In this document: positions 59,650 through 64,000 of the stretch, piece by piece | Position numbering within the stretch: the stretch's first letter is position 1 | How the letters are laid out: each line of letters begins with the position of its first letter | From: Podarcis liolepis | Lineage: Eukaryota | Reading direction: 5' to 3' (one strand) | NCBI GenBank assembly: GCA_965112155.1 | Contig: OZ218112.1 | DNA length: 64,000 nt | Program-made: the position numbers and the translations under genes | Notes under the pieces: model-generated | Databases searched by the model: none | What the model was told of the DNA's origin: nothing | Seen by the model: only the letters and a program-made list of their open reading frames with translations

Positions 59650-62485
59650 AAGCACAGCTCTGAGAAATGTCCCAAAGGAAAGCCTGGCTCAGAGGGATGG
59701 GAGAGGAGAGCTGCAAACTGACCACAGTGGATCATGCTCTGGGTCACAGGAGAAATGTTTGAGCACCACCACATCTAGCTGTTTCTTGCAAAGGAACAGA
59801 AGGCATCACTGCCCAGCTGCATTGAAGTAGGAACCTGCCTTATACTGAGTCAGACTATTGGATCATTTAGACCAGCACTGTCTTTGCTGACTAGCAGCTG
59901 TGGTCCAGGATTTCAGAAAAGGGCCTCTTCCAGCCCTACTGGAGTTGCCGGGGTTTGAACCTGGGACATTCTTCATACAGAACAAACGCTGCACCACTGA
60001 CCTATGACCCTTCCCCAGAGACTCAGTGCTATGCTGTGGTCCGTGTGGGACTTGAGCTTGACTAGAGACTGAGGAGGGGGAAGAAATTCAGTTTTGTAGT
60101 TTCCACTCATTCACCTACCCAAAACTATTGGCTTAAGCTGTGCTGCTGTCCCCTGACACCTGAAATCAGCCTGCTTTAATGCAGGGGTGTTCTTACAGGA
60201 AAACTCTAATGCAAGGACAGGCACCTTGGTCAATGATAAGAGCATATACTCCGCCTACAGACAACAGACTCCCAGGTTCAAACCCCCAGATTCCCTGTAT
60301 AAAGAGGACGTCAAGGATGGGGAAGCCACCGACACTAGAAAGCCGCCAACAATAGTAGGCCAGATGACTCCAAGATAAGGCAGTTTCACATGTTCACAAC
60401 CTTGTGATCCCTTAAAGCATCGTTCAGCTGGTTGGTTGGTTGGTTGGTTGGCTGAGACCCACTGCCTGATCTCAGCACTACCGTCATACTCTACCCAGGT
60501 CACCCCCCTCTCCAGCGCTGCTTCTTACCCTCAATGAATGTTTTTATTAGGTCGGAACGTGTCCCTGAACTCAAACTCCTCGGCTGTGTGGAGAATAGAA
60601 TGGTGTGTGGGTGGGTGGGTGTGTGCATGAAGAAACTAGCCTACTGTGCAAAGGCAAAGTGCATATTTGTTGCCCCACCTCCTTTTGCCCAGGAGGTTAC
60701 CCAAAGGGAAGGCAGCCCCTAGGCTGGAAAAGCTCCCCCACCCCTGCCATAAGCACCTTTCGTTTTCTCCAGTTTGTTCTCTCGGCAGTCACACTTGCTT
60801 CTGGCTTGCTTGGATTCCATGCCTTTCTGCACGGCACTCAGCCGGAAGACGAGGAGGCGAGCGTCCTTCCCTGTCAGGTGGGAGACACACAAATAGACAT
60901 GTTACAGGGAGAGCTAAAAGGAGGGAGGCTGTGGGTTGTTTCTGAAGTGTCATGCACCAAAGGCAGCCATGGTTTGTTTTGTTGTCTACTGCAGGCCACA
61001 GTCCCAGGCAATCCAGGACATTCCATCCAGCTTTCTCTCTTCAACAAATCCCAGCATCGAGATTGGACACAAGACATAGTTTTGCATTCAAAGGGCTTAC
61101 AGAAGGTTAAAACAGTAGACACACTATCATACAAAATAAATGCAGGATCCTGGAAGACCCAACCTAAGCTAAAATACCTCCAGCGAAGCAGTTATGCTTC
61201 TACCACAAGCTTGCCCAGGGAAATGACATTTCCTCCCAGACAGGCTTACGTGCCTTACCTTTGTCCGCTCTAGTAATGAGAAGGTCCAGAGTTTCCAATA
61301 CATGCATCTGTTTGATCTGTAAAGTTTTATCAAACACTGGGATGGGAGGCTGCCCATCTGGAAGGAAAAATTCAAGAGACTCTGTGTCAAGGCTCAGATC
61401 AAAACATCAATGGGGAAATCCATATATATTGGCTGGTTACAATAATATTCAGATTTCAAAGGCCTTTCTAAATAGCACCATTGTACGTGCCATCTAAAAG
61501 GAGGCAGAGATTATTCCTACTAAACCTCTACTGGCAGGCTGCTCCACAGGGCAGGGCCTGCCAAACCTAAAGGCTCAATGCTCAGCAAGGGCAAACCGAG
61601 TGTCAGGCATGTGGAGAACCACCAGAAGTGCCTCATCAGAAGATCTTAGTGATGGAGGTGGAGTATAAGGGATCAGATGGTCATTAATACTTTGGGCCAA
61701 AGTGATTAAGGGCTCTGTGAATTAACCCAAGTACCTAGAACCTGGCTTGGTGGCAAATTGACAACCAGTGCAACCCTCTCAGCAGAGTGGTAACATATAA
61801 CCAGCAACCTGCTCCGTGAGGAGTCTGGCCTCACTAGCAGCTTTCAGGCCAGATATGAAGCAAGCCCCACATAAGCTACATTACAGAAATCAATTGGGGG
61901 TAGGGGAATGTAAGGGTCATCCACCAACCATCTAAGAGGAGGACACCAACATCTGTAGAGACGAGCAGTGACTGGCCCCAGGAATCTGCGCAGAAAACAT
62001 CATGAGGGAAATTGCTGCAGAAGCACTGAGACTCCCAGGGCTGTGGAACAAGAGAACCGTGAACTGGTGAGCATAACAGGGAAGGGTGCTAAGCACTAGA
62101 GTCACAACATACTGATCTGCAGAGGTGAGCTCAAGAGGTTGCTTTGCATCCCTTGGGGAAGCAGAAATCCCTCAGTTAGCTGAGGATAAAAAAAAACGCC
62201 AAAGCTAATAATAAAAATGAAAATAAAATGTAACTTATGTGACCTGTCTAAATCATGCATATTTACATATTTTTAAAACCTCTATTTTGCACTGTGGTTT
62301 GCTTCTAAGCACAAACCTATTATCCACAGCAATCAGAAACTATACCAGGCTCTTGAGCCAACTCACCTCCTATCCTCCCCCGAAGATTTACCTGTTAACC
62401 ATTCACTCACCTCCTTTTTACAGAGGCTCGTGGAAGCCAGAATAGCTGGGGCATCGCCTCTCACAATGGTTTTGAGTTTGAGTGC
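47982..62485 (-). CDS. GARNL3: GTPase-activating Rap/RanGAP domain-like 3, 3' portion (13 exons, CNH domain and C-terminus; 5' exons outside window)
   Basis: 13 GT-AG exons in consistent phase, 1641 nt; sequences such as GCHLYAINTHH, VNFVAAIDVYEDGEAGLLLCYN, YKIPLxNLVGRSIERPLKSPL and the terminal DEDTIDLK* match GARNL3. Confidence 0.95.
48717..49058 (+). mobile_element. Sauria SINE
   Basis: gggacgcgggtg...ccctttaccttta, CpG-rich young copy. Confidence 0.85.
49545..49656 (-). CDS. GARNL3: GARNL3 penultimate exon (LLDGQGPKSEGG...VRSTSSD)
   Basis: Manual translation; phases 1/2 fit the neighbouring exons; 112 nt. Confidence 0.9.
50521..50730 (-). CDS. GARNL3: GARNL3 exon (EALCKNIYKIPLSNLVGRSIERPLKSPL...RTRKELL)
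   Basis: Within ORF 50450..50809; 210 nt. Confidence 0.95.
50845..52145 (-). mobile_element. L2 LINE 3' fragment (RT domain remnant)
   Basis: ORF 51097..51507: HTLVISRLDYCN..LQLIQNAAARLVTG..LHWLPV; upstream LLDLSAAFDTV and GVPQGS motifs. Confidence 0.88.
53038..53175. mobile_element. Palindromic hAT-type MITE
   Basis: Long internal inverted repeat; 8-bp TSD ctttagct at 53030-53037 and 53176-53183; related decayed copies near 24650, 38415, 44590. Confidence 0.82.
53236..53371 (-). CDS. GARNL3: GARNL3 exon (SDIYFRAVTAVSEPS...SATE)
   Basis: Overlaps ORF 53138..53341; 136 nt. Confidence 0.92.
53894..54012 (-). CDS. GARNL3: GARNL3 exon (CAFPYILAFTTDSIEIRLVVNGNLVHTAVVPALELVASR)
   Basis: Manual translation; 119 nt. 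Confidence 0.95.
54649..54996 (+). mobile_element. Sauria SINE
   Basis: Full length; TSD taaggatgg at 54640-54648 and 54997-55005. Confidence 0.85.
55189..55296 (-). CDS. GARNL3: GARNL3 exon (VCYYRKVCPFNGGSPLVQPSASDFHFSWNQVPYAI)
   Basis: Manual translation; 108 nt. Confidence 0.94.
55597..55743. mobile_element. hAT-type MITE nested in a CR1 3' fragment
   Basis: TIR CAGTGCT...AGCACTG; 8-bp TSD catagaag at 55589-55596 and 55744-55751. Confidence 0.85.
57390..57456 (-). CDS. GARNL3: GARNL3 exon (VNFVAAIDVYEDGEAGLLLCYN)
   Basis: Within ORF 57376..57627; 67 nt. Confidence 0.95.
58045..58203 (-). CDS. GARNL3: GARNL3 exon (EICLSDPP...HHVDSSR)
   Basis: Within ORF 58012..58209; 159 nt. Confidence 0.95.
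59404..59579 (-). CDS. GARNL3: GARNL3 exon (CHLYAINTHH...EEFQYIR)
   Basis: Within ORF 59389..59655; 176 nt. Confidence 0.95.
59612..59648. repeat. (GT)n microsatellite
   Basis: Direct reading. Confidence 0.92.
60757..60870 (-). CDS. GARNL3: GARNL3 exon (KDARLLVFRLSAVQKG...RENKLEKTK)
   Basis: Manual translation; 114 nt. Confidence 0.93.
61259..61357 (-). CDS. GARNL3: GARNL3 exon (GQPPIPVFDKTLQIKQMHVLETLDLLITRADK)
   Basis: Manual translation; 99 nt. Confidence 0.93.
61929..62040 (-). CDS. GARNL3: GARNL3 exon (PWESQCFCSNFPHDVFCADSWGQSLLVSTDVGVLLLD)
   Basis: Manual translation; 112 nt. Confidence 0.93.
62411..62485 (-). CDS. GARNL3: GARNL3 exon (ALKLKTIVRGDAPAILASTSLCKKE)
   Basis: Poly-T aag| acceptor, GAG|gtgagt donor; 75 nt. 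Confidence 0.92.
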
Positions 62486-64000
62486 CTTAAAAAAAAAAAA
62501 AAGACACACACACAAGAGAGAGAGAGAGAGAATATGAAGTCAGTCTTATATGGAGTCAGTCTTGACAGCAGCTCTCATGGGTCTCAGGTGATTCCCTGAC
62601 TCTACTGCCTTTCTACTGCAGATCCCATTAACTAGAATGCCAGAGACTTATTTTGCTTTCACCAAGTGAGCCATGACCCCTTCCTTTATAAAGTTTGTGG
62701 TGGTGAGAGGGCGTGAGACTGTAAAGACTGATTTACTTACATGCCGGCCTCCATATGGAGTGCCTGTTTCACATGTGTTATCTGCATGGTACAGTGAAGA
62801 AACCTTCCACTGCACAAGGATGGCCATAAGGAACATCTAGGCTGGGTTGTCCCCCCTCTGACAGGTGTATTCAACAACATGTCAATTATGTAATGATAAT
62901 ACATTAATCACAGGTTTATACTGGACCATCCACACGGCATTCTGCTTTATTGGCTATAGCGCAATGCTTCCCCAATGTTACCACATTATTGCTATCTAGA
63001 GAGGCTCTCCTGCCCTATGGCACAATGAAAGGAGGGCAAAAAATAAACCAAAATATTTGTGGTATTAAAAGATGTATGATTACAGCAGAAAGTTATAGGA
63101 CATGCACTGACTGAAAACAAAGCAGTATGTCCCCCCTTCCCAATCAAGACTCTGATATTGATCAGAGTCTTTGATCAAAGTGGGCTGGGCCTGACAATTT
63201 ACCTGTTTTCATGGTGCGTTGGGGACATCTCCATTTTTGGATGTTTTGTTTTGATGCCCTCTACAAGTATGAAGGCAACAACTCTCCCTTTCTGCATATC
63301 CCTAGTTTCTGGTATTCAAAGACAGCCTGCCTCTGACCACAGATGCTCAATCTTGCCATCATGGCTAACAGCCATCATCAAAATTATCCACAATTTGCTT
63401 GAAGCTATCAAAGCCAGTGGCCACCAGCACACCTCATGGAGGCAAATCCCATGAATTAATTATACTTATTGTGTCAAATACATCTCATGCTGTCCTGGGC
63501 ACAAAGTCCCACCAGACCACCATGGCAACCATCTCAGCATGTAAAAGGTACAGCGGTTCTGGGAAGAACACAATGATACACTTCACGAAATGACATATTT
63601 GGGAAATCTGCTAAGAGGGTACTTGACTGCTCCACGAGAAACACTATAATCTTTCTTATCAAAGTCAGGGCCTCATTATCTGTTGAAGGGCCTCTCCTGA
63701 TACTGTGAACTTGCAAGCTGCTTCCTTTCATGCTGTAAAGAAGGCTACCAAACTGCGGCCACAAAGGGCTACCCAAATCCAGATCTTTTTTTGACCCACT
63801 TTCTACTTGATCTGCAGACACTATGTTTTCTCCTTCCCTCTGCAAAGGAGAAGCCAGTGAGCTCTCAGAGCCTGCTAATTCCTTCCTGTTTCAACCTGGT
63901 TTTCTTTACAACTGATCCCCTGTTAATTGCCCTTGCTTGCAATTTGGACTTGATGCTGCTGCCTTTGTTGAACAGGATTTTGCTCTCATTTCTATTGGTA

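Noticed and set aside
60190-60530. Possible solo LTR (TATAAA-containing segment)
   Set aside because: No clear TG...CA termini, TSD or second copy in the window.
60605-61273. 222-aa plus-strand ORF
   Set aside because: Antisense shadow of GARNL3 exons and intron; no homology recognised.
63534-63845. Minus-strand ORF beginning at an acceptor-like tttgcag
   Set aside because: Does not resemble the expected upstream GARNL3 exon and no convincing in-phase donor was found.

Overview
Eukaryotic (vertebrate) genomic DNA. The repeat content (Sauria SINEs, Bov-B/RTE tails, CR1, L2, Penelope-like elements, Tigger-like and hAT MITEs) points to a squamate reptile, plausibly a lacertid lizard (inference). 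Three spliced protein-coding genes were rebuilt by hand from GT-AG boundaries and phase continuity. FBXW2 is on the minus strand (6 coding exons, 20277->6396, 454 aa). SLC2A8/GLUT8 is on the plus strand (10 coding exons, 28846->38765, about 495 aa). The 3' part of GARNL3 is on the minus strand (13 exons, 62485->47982, 546 C-terminal aa), and its 5' end lies outside the window. FBXW2 and SLC2A8 diverge from a CpG island at about 24.8-25.9 kb. Most ORFs in the supplied track are spurious or TE-derived. The most notable observations are: (1) a Penelope-like retroelement (1178-1822) carrying an apparently intact minimal hammerhead ribozyme; (2) a TSD-flanked, perfect, spacer-less 152-bp palindrome in FBXW2 intron 1, made from the same element folded back exactly at the ribozyme stem II; (3) a chain of splice signals with an open frame, suggesting an unannotated minus-strand transcript between SLC2A8 and GARNL3 (speculative). 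No database searches were possible; family names rest on recognised motifs.
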